Of a stretch of DNA of 64,000 nt, positions 12,383 to 27,664 are shown in pieces. Origin of the DNA: the human T2T-CHM13v2.0 reference genome, Homo sapiens; NCBI RefSeq assembly GCF_009914755.1, contig NC_060925.1; one strand, written 5' to 3'. Under the pieces are notes generated by a model that searched no databases, was not told the DNA's origin, and was given only the letters and a program-made list of their open reading frames with translations. The position numbers and the translations under genes were made by a program. The stretch's first letter is position 1. Each line of letters begins with the position of its first letter.

Positions 12383-13170
12383 ATCCACCTGCCTCAGTCT
12401 CCCAGTAGGTGGAATTACAGGCCTGTGCCAACATCCCTTGCTCTTTAACAAAAGATTTGACATAAATGGTTATCACCTGAATTTTGTCTCTTTGGGAAAT
12501 AGAATGGAGCTTCTTTATAAGTGAATATGATTATGCATTTAAAAATCTGTTTGACTTAATGAATAATTCAAATGGACTGAATACAGACATGGAAAAATGT
12601 AAAATAAGCAGCTCAGTTTTATTTATATTTCTTATTCTAATCTCTTCTTTCAGAATAAAACAAGTTGTGGCCTACGATCTGCTTAGTTTCATCGTTTCTA
12701 CTGCAGAAGTGTGAAATAGTCAATTTCTACGTCCAGGAAACTCTCAGGAGATCTGGGATATGTATTTCAGGAATAAGTTGTTGACTCATATCCCCCATAT
12801 TTGCATATGTGATGTGACCCTGGTGGGTAGTTTTGAGGTAAACCTAAAAGTCTTCCTTGTTTTACAGAAATTCCCTTGAAGTCTATCTTCCCACATCAAA
12901 TAAGGAGTCTTACCTCCTCTTTCAGCACATATAGGTTTTGAGTTTAACAAAACTGTGAAAACAGTACCGTGGTTGCACTAGACATGGCGCATACTATTAT
13001 GTAACAGCCAAGGTTTTAAACTTGCAAAAAAATTCTTCGACTTTTCAAATGCAGGAATATTGAAACATCGGTACACTTGGACTTTCAGGAAATTGTCCTT
13101 GCCAGGAATGTACACTAACTACCCCGACTGGATCATTATACAACATATATATGCATCAGTACATCAGATT

Positions 13171-13269
13171 GGCTGGTCCAAGTGTAGTGGTGTTTACAAC
13201 TAATTGATCACAACCAGTTAGAGGTTTCTTGGTTTCTTCTCCACTCCCACTGCTTCATCTGACTAGCCT
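13171..13269 (+). pseudogene. Y3 RNA (RNY3) retropseudogene
   Basis: GGCTGGTCC.AGTG.AGTGGTGTTTACAACTAATTGATCACAACCAGTTA...CCACTCCCACTGCTTCA..TGACTAGCCT matches hY3 end to end. Confidence 0.9.
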
Positions 13270-13989
13270 ATACATATCAAAATATATATCACAATAAATA
13301 TAAATAAAAATACATATCATAATGTGTCAAATAATTTAACAATTTAAATACATGTGGAAAAATTCAAATACTTTTAAAACTCAACAAAATTAAAAATGAA
13401 GAAATATTACTTTTCTCAGGTAGATTGTATCATTAATTCATTTAGTAAGAAAATAAGAAATTTGAGAACATTTAAAGCACTCTACTGAATAAAAATTTAA
13501 TTAAATTACTATTTTCTAAATATTAATAAACCAAAGAGAGTAATAACAACATTTTATTATCTGTTTTAATAGGAGAAAAATCACTGTATAATTTACTGAG
13601 CATTTCCAAATACAAAGAACCAGTGTGAACATATATAATACCTAAAATATGTTAAAAGATAACTCCCATGTATGTGATAGCTTAATAATTTCTACTTATG
13701 TGGTTTTATTAAATTAACCTCGTTCTATTTTAGTGGCTTAAATCTTGTTGCCAATATAAATTGAACTCAGAAAGAAATTAATGTATGCAGATTCATTATT
13801 ACTGTGGATGCCTAAATAACAACATTCAAACTATAGGGTTTCATAAAGTTTAGAAACACGAAAACATTGACATAATGTGAATAAATATGTTTGTTTCTTC
13901 CTCCATTGAATTTACCCTTGACATGCCTTGAAACATCTAAATACATAATCAGAACTCATTTCTGAACCTTGAATTAAGGCCATCCTCTG

Positions 13990-14292
13990 TTGTTAGTGAC
14001 TCAACCTAGAATGTCCAAAGTCTCAGTGGACAATCCCCAGTGAATACCAGCAAAACAACTGTTAATCTCATTCTCCAGCTAAAAAGGACTGGATTCATGG
14101 TTGCTACTGAATTCCAATGAAGGTCTCTGAAATCTCGTGTGTAGGGAAGAAAAATGAATATATGCATTTCTTTAAGCAATATTCTTAATGCTTACTCAGA
14201 AAAATGAATTTGTTCCTATGATGACTGTAGGACTGCCGTCAGCTAAGCAAAGGCACTGAGTGTTTGGAAATGAGGAAATAATAAAGGTACTA
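13990..14292 (+). promoter_or_regulatory. Candidate promoter / first non-coding exon for OR2L2
   Basis: Non-repeat block duplicated at ~30660-30938; TGACTCA 13997-14003, O/E(EBF)-like TCCCCAGTGA 14034-14043, donor-like AAG|GTACTA at 14286/14287. Inference only, no transcript evidence. Confidence 0.4.
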
Positions 14293-15181
14293 ATTATAAT
14301 TGTATTTTTAAATTTTTATTGATCACAGCGAAGAAGGGACTCTGGCAAGTGCTTAAGAGGACTTTGTTTCAGAAATAGAATTGAGGTGAATTTCAGCACT
14401 AATGACTGTACTTTCTCTAACACCATTCAGCAGAAATATTGGAGTATGAAATGCAGGCAACCAAAAGTGATTTTGCAACTAATTCATAAATGTGTTTTCT
14501 GGAGGGGAAGGGAAATGATGGTCAATGGAAGAGACAGGGATACATTATATTAGACTATGCTTTCATGGGCTCAAGTGAAATTAAAGAACCCACATTCACA
14601 ATAATTATTGTAAGGGGTAACATTTCCTTGTACCTACTTGGTTGGTGTTTTGTTTTGTTTTGGTTTGATTTCTTTTGCCATGAGTGATGTGCGATTGTAC
14701 GATGCTCATTATAATCTTAATGCTGCTTCTTACTTTGTGATCTAGAGAAGTTCGCTTACAAACTCTGAATCTCAATTTTTGTCATCTAAGATGTCGGTGG
14801 TGATGTCAATGTAAAGAGCTTTTTATTAGGATTAAAACCAATGGAATCACGGAACAATCCTGACATATTGCACGTGCCAGTGTGTGGAGATAGTCAATAA
14901 AAGTTCATGCTGGTATCATTCCATTCATGTAGGACATCACTGGGGTTGAAGGCTGGTTTTTCTACTTGTGATGAAAATATCCTCAGAAATTTTTCTGCTC
15001 TCTTTTTCCTCCTGTGTATAACATCATTAATGCTGATGCCTAGGTATATACATTTTAGGAGAGTTACAAAAATGAAAGCAAGTAGAAATGTTTTTAAATA
15101 GGCTTAAAATATTTGTTGCTATTTTGGTGGATAAAAAACTAAGGGACAGAACCCACGTGGATTTATTTTTACATAAGAAAA

Positions 15182-15255
15182 AAATGTCCTCTTCACATTA
15201 CTGAAACAGATGTATAATAAATATCCTCTTTGCATTACTGAAACAGATATATAAT
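15182..15255 (+). repeat. 37-bp tandem duplication (2 copies)
   Basis: AAATGTCCTCTTCACATTACTGAAACAGATGTATAAT followed by AAATATCCTCTTTGCATTACTGAAACAGATATATAAT; single copy in paralogs at ~1337 and ~34446. Confidence 0.85.
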
Positions 15256-15379
15256 GGCTGAGACTGCTTTCTCATTAGGGACAGGGCTCTATTTTTTCTA
15301 ACAATAATATTATATGGTAGAATTAGAGCCTTGGAACATGAATAATCAAAGAGATGCTACATTGGTGTTCATGAGATAT

Positions 15380-15909
15380 TGTAACATCGCAGAACACATC
15401 TCCTGCCCCTCAGCACTTGTAAAGTCCTGTTAACAAGAGCAAGGTCTGGTAGAAAGAAAGACTTTTTCTTCCAAGCTTAGCTGAGGGGAAGCAGGACAGG
15501 CTTCTGCCTTAATGGGCAGTGCTTCCCCTTCTGGGGCAGTAGGCAGGGTCTTTTAATGGGGTCTTGGTGTGAATGACATGCAGGGGGTGAGGAGATGGGG
15601 TCCAGTGACTTGCTTCTGATGTATTTTCTATCCAATGGTCTGGCTGGCACCACCGCAGGCAGAGCTGGGCTGTAAATTGAGGCAATCTCCTAGTGGGAGG
15701 GAGTTTTTGGGGTGCCTGATTTTCTTCAAGGTTCCTTCTCTAGAACTTTTAAGTAAACACAAAGTCAAATAAGCTTGCCTTGTAGAATGTGTCTGGTGGA
15801 GAGTGTAAAGGATAGATTTGCATTCCTAAACAGTTAAGTAAGAGGTAGGGGGAGATCGGAAAAATAAATTTGTTATTTTTCTTTTTTAAAAATAGGGTAC
15901 TCAGTTATA
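15380..15909 (-). mobile_element. ERV1-type solo LTR, 530 bp (paralog of 1497-2264)
   Basis: TSD ATAT at 15376-15379 and 15910-15913; TGTAAC start. Confidence 0.65.
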
Positions 15910-18424
15910 ATATGGCATTACATATGAGATCTGATGTGTCATTTAATATTCTGACATATATTACTTTTCCTCTTTTTAAAAGTAGGATAATAACTCTCAT
16001 GGAAAGTTTGTCATCGACTGCCCTATATAAAATACAAATAATAGAAATGTTTGGAATGTTAATTGTGTTAGTAATTTCAAATAGTACATATTCTAATTGC
16101 CAATAATTAAACTACTAATATAAATTCAAACTATTGCATCAGTCTTAATGCTGATCACATATTGTTTCCAAATGACATGTATAAAAAGTAATTTGTTCTT
16201 CTAAATTGTCCCTCACAAATAACCAGAGGTCATAAAATAATTGAAAATAAATTGCTCTGTAGAGGCTCAGAAACTTGCCTGAATTTTCTTAAAATGTATT
16301 TGGACATCCAAATATGGAATAATTTCAGTATATTTAAATGTTTTTATTATTTTTTATTTCTTATTTCATACATGAGATAATACATATTATCTCATGTATT
16401 AAATATACATAAGATAAACTGCACCATTTAAACTATTTTAAGTGTTCAGGTCTGTGGCACTAAGTATATTTATATTGTTCTGCAACCATCCCCACCAGTC
16501 ATCTCCAGAATAGTTTCATTGTCTCCAACTAAAATTTTGTTCTCTACACAATTATTCTCCTTGACTCCCTTCCCCCATCCCCAGGGGTCCAGCATTCTAC
16601 TTTCTGTCTCTATAAATTTGACTACTCTGGGTACTTCCTGTACATAAATTCATACAATACTTGCCTGTTTCTGGCTTATTTTGCTTAGCATAATGTAATC
16701 AAGTTTCATCTATGTTGTAGCATGTGTCAAAATTTCTTTCATTTTAAAAACTGAATAATATTCCATTGTATGTACTCATTACATTTTTTATTGATTTCTC
16801 TGTGGATGGACACTTAAGTTGTCTCTGCCTTTGGGGTATTGTGAATACTGCTGCTGTGAACGTGGGCATATAAGTATGTTTTTGTGTGTCTTGTTTCTGT
16901 GGGTCCACATTCAGAAGTGAAATAGTTGGAACCTATACTAACTCTGTTTAATTTTTGAAGAAATTACTATACAGATGGTCCAGAAACACAATAATTTGAC
17001 AACTTTTTGTCTTTACTATGCATTTATAAAAACATAAAACCCTATTGTAAATCAAGGAGCATCTGGAATTACAATGGTTTGACTTACAATATTTTAACAT
17101 TGAGATGACTTTTTCAGGATAGTAAATGTATATTTTACTTATAATATTTTCATAATGGGTTTATCAGGATGAAACCCATCATAAATCGAGAAGCCTCTCA
17201 ATCATTTTCCACAGAGGCTGTACAATTTCATTTTGCCACTGACTATACTTTTATGGTTTTAGCTCTTACACTTAGGTCTTTGATTTATTTTGACTTAATT
17301 TTTCTATATGGTGTAAAGTAAGCATCCAATTTCAATATTTTGAATGTAGATATCTAGTTTTTCAAACACCGTTTGTTGAAAAGACTGTCCCTTCCACATT
17401 GAGTAAACTTGGTTTGCTTGCCAAAAAAATATTGCTGTGTATATGACAGTCTATTTCTTGACTCTGTTTTCTATTTCTTCTTCTTCTTCTCCTTCATTTT
17501 TTTTTGAAACAGGGTCTCACTCTGTCACACAGGTTGGAATGTGGTGGTGTGATCTTGGCTCACTGCAACCTCTGCCTCCTGGGCTCAAGCAACCCTCCCA
17601 TCTCAAGCCCCCAAGTAGATGGGACTACTGGTGCGAGCCACCACACCTGGCTAATTTTTGTTTTTTTTTTTTGTACAGACAGGATTTTACCATGTTTTAC
17701 TGGCTGGTCTCAATGTTCTGAGCTCAAGCAATTCTGCCTGCCTTAGCCTCCCAAAGTGCTGGGATTTCAGGTGTGAGCCATGGCACCTGTCCTCTCTTTT
17801 CTTCTATTGTTATACATGTCTGGCTTTATACCAATGTCATACTGTTTTGATTTCTGTAGTTCTTGGAAGTGGAAAAATTCAAGGATGCTCACTCTTACCT
17901 CTTCAACATAGTATTGGAAGTCCTAGCCACAGCAGTCAGAAAGAGAATGAAATAAAGGGCATCCAAATCAGTAAAGAGGAAGCCAAACTGTCCCTCTTTG
18001 CTTATAATATGATTGTTTACCTAGAAAACTCTAAAGCCTTCTCCAGAAAACTTCTAAAACTGATAAAAGAATTCAGCCAAGTTTCAGGATACAAAATTAA
18101 TGTTCACAAATCAGCTGCAAATAATAAACTGCTTAGGAATATACCTAACCAAGGAGGTGAGAGAACTCTATAAGGAAAACTACAAAACACTGCTGAAAGA
18201 AATCATAGACGAAACAAACCTATGGAAACACGTACCATGCTCATGGATAGGTAGAATCAATATTGTGAAAATGACCATATTGCCAAAACAACCTACAAAT
18301 TCAATGTAATTCCCATCAAAATACCACCATCATTCTTCACAGACAATTCTCAAATTCATATGGAACCAAAAAGAGTCTGCATAGCCAAAGCAAGACTAAG
18401 TGAAAAAAACAAATCTGGAGGCGT

Positions 18425-19560
<1,136 letters not shown>

Positions 19561-22317
19561 GTGACATAATTTTTACATCACTTTAATGTTTTATTCAAGT
19601 AATGCGTAGACATGGTGACAACAGTCCACAGGCTAAAATATTGGACCCATAACAGACCCTTCCTGAACCCAAAGGTAAGGACTTCAAATTTTCTTACCAG
19701 TTTTTCCCTATTTTTGTCCATGTATTTTCAAACAATATGCTTATCTGCTAATGCTTGATTTATATACCCCAAATACCAGCCCTTGACTCATGACATAGGC
19801 CACAGTCAATAGTGACCTGCTTCCCCCAACATCACTACCCCCACACTCATTACCTTTCTCCCATTCTGTCAACATAATTACATTCCACTTTATATCTGCA
19901 GTAAGGGGTTGACAGCATCATCTCCTCTTATGAAATTTATTGATTAAATACATAAAATATATACTCTTGTAAATCCTGATGGTGATACATATATACATAG
20001 ATTTCTTCTGATTATTATTACTACTATTTCTCTCAAAAACTTATAATTAAAATTTTTAGAATGTTTTCTAGAAGACAGAATTTTCATGAAATATTTTACT
20101 AAAAATATTTCTCACTTACTTTGTGATTTTACATGCCATCTGAATATGGTGGCTAATATATTCCAGTTCTGAGAATTTTTGTATGGTATTGAGTTTATTA
20201 TTATTTGCTATGTGCATTTCTGGGAATGCCTGTAAGTATATGTTGGTCCTGTTGCATTAATTTTCTAATATTTTTGTCTCTTCTAATCTTTTCAGTTTTT
20301 TTTTCCTTCTGATAGATTTTTCACTTTCGTATTTTGAAACTTTCATTTAATGCGGTATCAATTATTGTATCTTTAATTTCAAAGAGTCATTTATTGTTAC
20401 ATTTCACATCCTTGCATATAGCTAATGATATTTATTTGGTGGATTTTATAACATATCATAGACATCTTCATTCCTGAAAATAGGAATTCTTAATTTTAAA
20501 AACTCACTCTTTTTGCAGGTTTGTGATAGTTTTAACTCAGTGTACATACACGTGTATTGATCCTTAAGTGAGTGTTCATCTTTGTGTGTGTGTGTATAGA
20601 TGTGAGTTTGCACACTGTGTAGATCTTACTCTTTCATATTGTTACACTTCCTCAAAGGTCGGCTGACCTTTGGCTCTAAAATAATTTTCAAGCCTAAAAA
20701 CTTCATTCCTTTTATGTATCCTGTGCAAAGTTGTCCAGTGATGTCTTCTATCTGGAGAAGAATACTCGAACCACCTCTACCCAGAAAACTGTCAGGTTGC
20801 TGTTTCCTTTTTTCCATTTAAGTGAATGGTCATTTCTCCAAATCCTGTCTTTTGAAGATGTAAAGTGATTTATTGTTTTTGCTTCCCTAATGCTTAGATT
20901 ACATTATACTTTATGGATCTTAACAAAAAATTGATAAATATACTTATGATCCCTTCATATGAATGGGAGGATCCCTAAAGTCTATGTAATCTAAGCATGA
21001 GGGAAGCAAAGACACAGAATATACATCGTATACGGGGAGAGCTTGAGCAGAGACATGGAAGCTAAAATGAACTTGGCATATAGATATTGAGATAGAGAGT
21101 CTGCATTAACTTGAGAATTCAGAAATTGGATGAGAAGGCAAAAGAGAATGGACATTTGATGGTGGTGGACATTCAAAATCAAGACTATGAATTACATTTC
21201 ATGAAAAAGGTACTTAAAATAACAATTCATTCTACATTTTTAAGTAGAAGAACCAAATAATGATGTCTAACTTAGAGAAAGTTTGACTTCAAATTATTAT
21301 GCAAAGACAATTCAAGAAGGAAATATAAGTTCCTCCAAATGAATCATAGGCTGCTGCAGTTCTACAAGTAAGTCTTAAAGAATAAATTTAGTGAGAAAAA
21401 TCATCCAGAAAAAGTAATGCTAATTTATTCATAATATGGATCCATAGCATATGCATTTAATTTACCTTCCCATGCGTATGTTTTAAGCATAGCACATGAT
21501 CTTAATGGCATCTGAGATTGTGTTGGGCATCAAACATTCATATCTTTTTGAAGTTGTAAGACAAATGATTTTTCCTATAAATGTATATATTTCTTAGAAA
21601 AACTTTGGTTATAAATATTTGTCTCATCAAATATTAATCTCTGTGTAAGAAAATAATTTTTTTCTAAATAGAATAAATGAGTTCATCATTTAAGTGTTGT
21701 AAAGTTCTATAAATAATTCACAGCCTTACTAAACTAAGGATTTTTAAAAACAATTGGCTTACTATTCTATAAGTAGTCCCCTCTCATTCACTGTTTTGCT
21801 TTCCGTGGTTTCTCCTGTAATCAAATGCGGTCTGAAAATATTGCATGGAAAAGTCCACAAATGAACACTTCATAAATTTTCAATTGGTTTTCAGTCATAG
21901 CCCAACGTCACATCACAGTGCCTACCTTGTTCTCCTCACTTTATGTCATCATGTAGACATTTTGATTTCCCATGAAGCATTTTGTCATCACAAGAAAAAT
22001 GAGCACTTTTTCAATATGATGGTTTGAAAGAAAGAAAAATATAGATTGCATTCACATAAGTTTTATTACAGTATATAGTTGTAATTGTTCTATTTTATTT
22101 GTAGTTATTTTTGTTAATCTCTTCCTTGCCTAATTTATAAATTAAAGTTTATAATATGCATTTATGGATATAAAAATAGTTTATATAGGGTTCAGTATCA
22201 ACCCCAGTTTCAGGCATCCACTGGGAGTCTTGTAATGCAGCCACTGTGGATAAAAGTGAATTACTGTTCTTAATTTACCCTTTTGTCTCCCTTCAGGATG
22301 GATTGTAGGAATTCCCC

Positions 22318-23256
22318 ATGGAAAATTACAATCAAACATCAACTGATTTCATCTTATTGGGGCTGTTCCCACAATCAAGAATTGGCCTTTTCGTATTCAC
22401 CCTCATTTTTCTCATTTTCCTAATGGCTCTAATTGGAAATCTATCCATGATTCTTCTCATCTTTTTGGACATCCATCTCCACACACCTATGTATTTCCTA
22501 CTTAGTCAGCTCTCCCTCATTGACCTAAATTACATCTCCACCATTGTTCCAAAGATGGTTTATGATTTTCTGTATGGAAACAAGTCTATCTCCTTCACTG
22601 GATGTGGGATTCAGAGTTTCTTCTTCTTGACTTTAGCAGTTGCAGAAGGGCTGCTCCTGACATCAATGGCCTATGATCGTTATGTGGCCATTTGCTTTCC
22701 TCTCCACTATCCCATCCGTATAAGCAAAAGAGTGTGTGTGATGATGATAACAGGATCTTGGATGATAAGCTCTATCAACTCTTGTGCTCACACAGTATAT
22801 GCACTCTGTATCCCATATTGCAAGTCCAGAGCCATCAATCATTTTTTCTGTGATGTTCCAGCTATGTTGACGCTAGCCTGCACAGACACTTGGGTCTATG
22901 AGAGCACAGTGTTTTTGAGCAGCACCATCTTTCTTGTGCTTCCTTTCACTGGTATTGCATGTTCCTATGGCCGGGTTCTCCTTGCTGTCTACCGCATGCA
23001 CTCTGCAGAAGGGAGGAAGAAGGCCTATTCAACCTGTAGCACCCACCTCACTGTAGTGTCCTTCTACTATGCACCCTTTGCTTATACCTATGTACGTCCA
23101 AGATCCCTGCGATCTCCAACAGAGGACAAGATTCTGGCTGTTTTCTACACCATCCTCACCCCAATGCTCAACCCCATCATCTACAGCCTGAGAAACAAGG
23201 AGGTGATGGGGGCCCTGACACAAGTGATTCAGAAAATCTTCTCAGTGAAAATGTAG
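22318..23256 (+). CDS. OR2L2: Olfactory receptor family 2L, 312 aa, intact
   Basis: Complete ORF with all OR motifs; distinctive FPQSRIGLFVFTLIF and KMVYDFL; acceptor AG at 22295-22296. Confidence 0.94.
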   Translation: MENYNQTSTDFILLGLFPQSRIGLFVFTLIFLIFLMALIGNLSMILLIFLDIHLHTPMYFLLSQLSLIDLNYISTIVPKMVYDFLYGNKSISFTGCGIQSFFFLTLAVAEGLLLTSMAYDRYVAICFPLHYPIRISKRVCVMMITGSWMISSINSCAHTVYALCIPYCKSRAINHFFCDVPAMLTLACTDTWVYESTVFLSSTIFLVLPFTGIACSYGRVLLAVYRMHSAEGRKKAYSTCSTHLTVVSFYYAPFAYTYVRPRSLRSPTEDKILAVFYTILTPMLNPIIYSLRNKEVMGALTQVIQKIFSVKM

Positions 23257-23460
23257 ACATACGTTCTGTGTTAGAGTCAAAGCGCTAGGTTCATATCAAC
23301 TTAGTAGTGTACAGCAGTGAAGAAAAACATTATTACATGCCCAGTGTGTCAAACAGAAGTTAATCTAGAAGAAATTTGTCTTTTAATTTAGTCTTGACAA
23401 TATTATAATACATATTAATACATATTCTAAGACATCTATTTTGATTTTGTTTGTGTGTGG

Positions 23461-23635
23461 TTTTTGTTTGTTTGTTTGTTTGTCTTTTTAATGGATTTTG
23501 GCTCTTGTTGCCCAGGCTCTAATGCAATGGCGCAATCTCAGCTCCCCATAACCTCTGCCTCCTGGGTTCAAGCGATTCTCCTGCCTAGCCTCCTAAGTTA
23601 GCTGCGATTACAGGTGTGAGCCACCATGCCCTGCC
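23461..23635 (-). mobile_element. Monomer-length Alu (AluS with inter-arm deletion) with (TTTG)n tail
   Basis: Right-arm 3' sequence joined directly to GATTACAGGTGTGAGCCACCATGCCC; absent downstream of OR2L5. Confidence 0.7.
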
Positions 23636-24453
23636 TGTTTTTTTTTTAATCAAATATAGGTCATATATTTTCTACTAAATTGTGGGCAACAGGGTTTCAT
23701 TAACATGTAGAAATCAAAACAATAAAGGTCCAAACTAATCATATCATTCAGCATAATAATTACATAATAGTTGTTTATCTCCCATTATTATAAAAATAAG
23801 ACAAAAATAACAAATTAGTTAAAATTACTGAATCTAATTGAATATTAAATAGTTTTTATTTACTCTCAACTGGTATGTATGTCTTCTTCTTTTTCTTAAA
23901 GTAATGTTTTACTAATAAGTTTACCTGAGGATAAATAATTATGTTTGTGGAGCAGCCAATTTGGCTTTAGAAAAACAAGAGTTTCTGTATAAGAAGTTCT
24001 ATAGAAGTTACAGTCTATAGACCCTCTTAGACTATAGTTGACTTAGTGGAGTGTGGAGTAGGTTATTTGAATCATTTCCCAGTCACGTCACAACACACTC
24101 AAGATTTGCCTCCTCAGTTGCCACGGGTATTTTCATGCAAGACATTCTCTTCTGCACAATTTTATTTCCACTTACTCTTCTCATAAATCAATAGGACTAT
24201 TCAGCTTGGATTGGGATCAGCTCCTCTGCTCCACTATTTTTATACCTGCTTAGGCATGTGCTTAAAAGGATCAACATTATTTCATAAAGGTTATCTGCTT
24301 AGGTCCATTCTCTGAGTGAAAGGCCATTGCTCTCCAGAAGAGCCCATTCCTGAGAGACTCTTTTATCTCTGAGGAGAGAAGGCAAGAAGGAAGGTAGAAT
24401 GAGCAAGTAAGAAGAGCCTCATATTATCCAAGTGACAGCAGTGGTGAATGACT

Positions 24454-24889
24454 GAATGGTCCTTGAGCAACACAGATTTGAACTGTGCAGGTCCACATAT
24501 ATGTGGATTTTGTTCTGCCTCCACCACTCCTGAGACAACAAGTACAACCTCTCCTCCTCTTCCTCCGCCTCAGCCCACTCAACGTGAAGACAACAATGAT
24601 GAAGAACTTTATGACAAACCTCTATCCCTAAATAAATAGTAAACATATTTTCTCTTTCTGATGATTTTCTCAATAAGATATTCTTTTTTAGCTCACTTTA
24701 CTGTAAGAGTAGAGTATATAAGACATATAAGATACAAAGTTGTGTTAATTGAATGCTTATGTTATTTGTAAGGCTTGCTGTCAATAGTAGGATATCAGTA
24801 GTTAGGTTTTGGGGAGTTCAAAGTTAAATGCATATTCTACTGCTTGGCGGTCAGTGACCCTAATTTCCGCGTTGTCCTAGAGTCATCTG
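24454..24889. mobile_element. Tigger2a/MER28 MITE, near complete
   Basis: CCTTGAGCAACACAGATTTGAACTGTGCAGGTCCAC ... GTTGTCCTAGAGTCATCTG-TA. Confidence 0.8.
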
Positions 24890-25173
24890 TACTACAATTG
24901 GAATAATCATTTTCAAACAAGAACATTAACATTTGAATAGGAGATACAAATATGGATCTGGATATACTCATTTCAATTAAGCATTTAGAGTTTACTAGAG
25001 TACTGAATAATTTAAATTTTGACTTATAGAATGGCAAATGTTTATGACTTTCTTCTCCTCTAATTTAAATTAAGTAGAATTTTCTCATCATTAGGACTGT
25101 ATGAGAATGTCATAATAATATGAGAAAAGGTAGTAGTTGCCTGATGTTGAAAGATTTACCTAATCTCACATAA

Positions 25174-26640
<1,467 letters not shown>

Positions 26641-27664
26641 CAAGTGCTTACCAAGCACTTACTTCACTGTGAGGGACACAGACCATCACATGTCACATAA
26701 AATGATGAGACAATCTAGCAACTGCAAGTTAACTTAGGTCTTTTGTTCTTTCATTGTAATGTATAAAATTAATCATAATATTTTATCAATCTTGTCTACA
26801 TTAATATTTTAAAACTCTCTTTCTCATATTTTATAATCACTGCCTTGCTCCAGATCCTCATCCTCTCTTCACTAAAGTTTTTCAAACTAAATCAAAATAT
26901 AATTTGAAATTTGATATTATCAGCTAAGATTCTTAACTAAAAACAACAAAAATAAATTCATCGTAATTAAACAGAAAATATAATATTTTAAGAAGATGCA
27001 AAGGCTTGCCAAATCACCAAAAAATGGACACTAGTAAGGTCTGAAAATCTGCCACCATGAGCAGTTTCCAATATGTGCTTGATAATGAGTTCTGTGAAGT
27101 CACCACTCTTGCTCCTTCTGGGTGCCATTCACAGCCCTAGAAACTTGGTGAATTTATTTCTGCGGTGTCCAGGTAGCCTTTGAGGATTTGCACCCGCCCT
27201 GCTGCTTTGAGCTACCCATTCCCATGTTAAAATCTGGGATCCAAAAATCTAATATAGACTCTCCACCTATATACAATAGCCATAGCTGAAAGTCAGGTAG
27301 AGAAGTAAGTATTTGAGTTCTATCAGAGACAGTGAAATGTTTGCTTTCTGAGGCATGTCAAAAGAGAGTTCAGATACATAAAGGATGGTAAGTAAATTCT
27401 GCACTATATGTTGAGGCAACAGTCCCACGGCCACAGATTTATCTATTTACATGGGCCGATATGAAGGAGATATGGAATATGTGAGAAGTTTGTTATATGC
27501 ATGATACTTGGAGAAATATTCATGGGAGAAGAAAAGAGTAGACATGATTTGTTTTGTATTTCTCAAGCAGGCCAACAAATTTCGGTGGCCCTATTTGGAC
27601 AGACATTGAATGGAGTTGCAAGAGAGGCAGATAGATGGACTAGACATGAAAGAGTTTGTGAAAC

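Noticed and set aside
12635-12845. Exon-like segment (CTAAT..TCTTCTTTCAG acceptor at 12653, GAG|GTAAAC donor at 12837) kept in the paralog at 29324-29500
   Set aside because: Retention in ~90% identical duplicates is not evidence of use; cannot be supported without transcripts.
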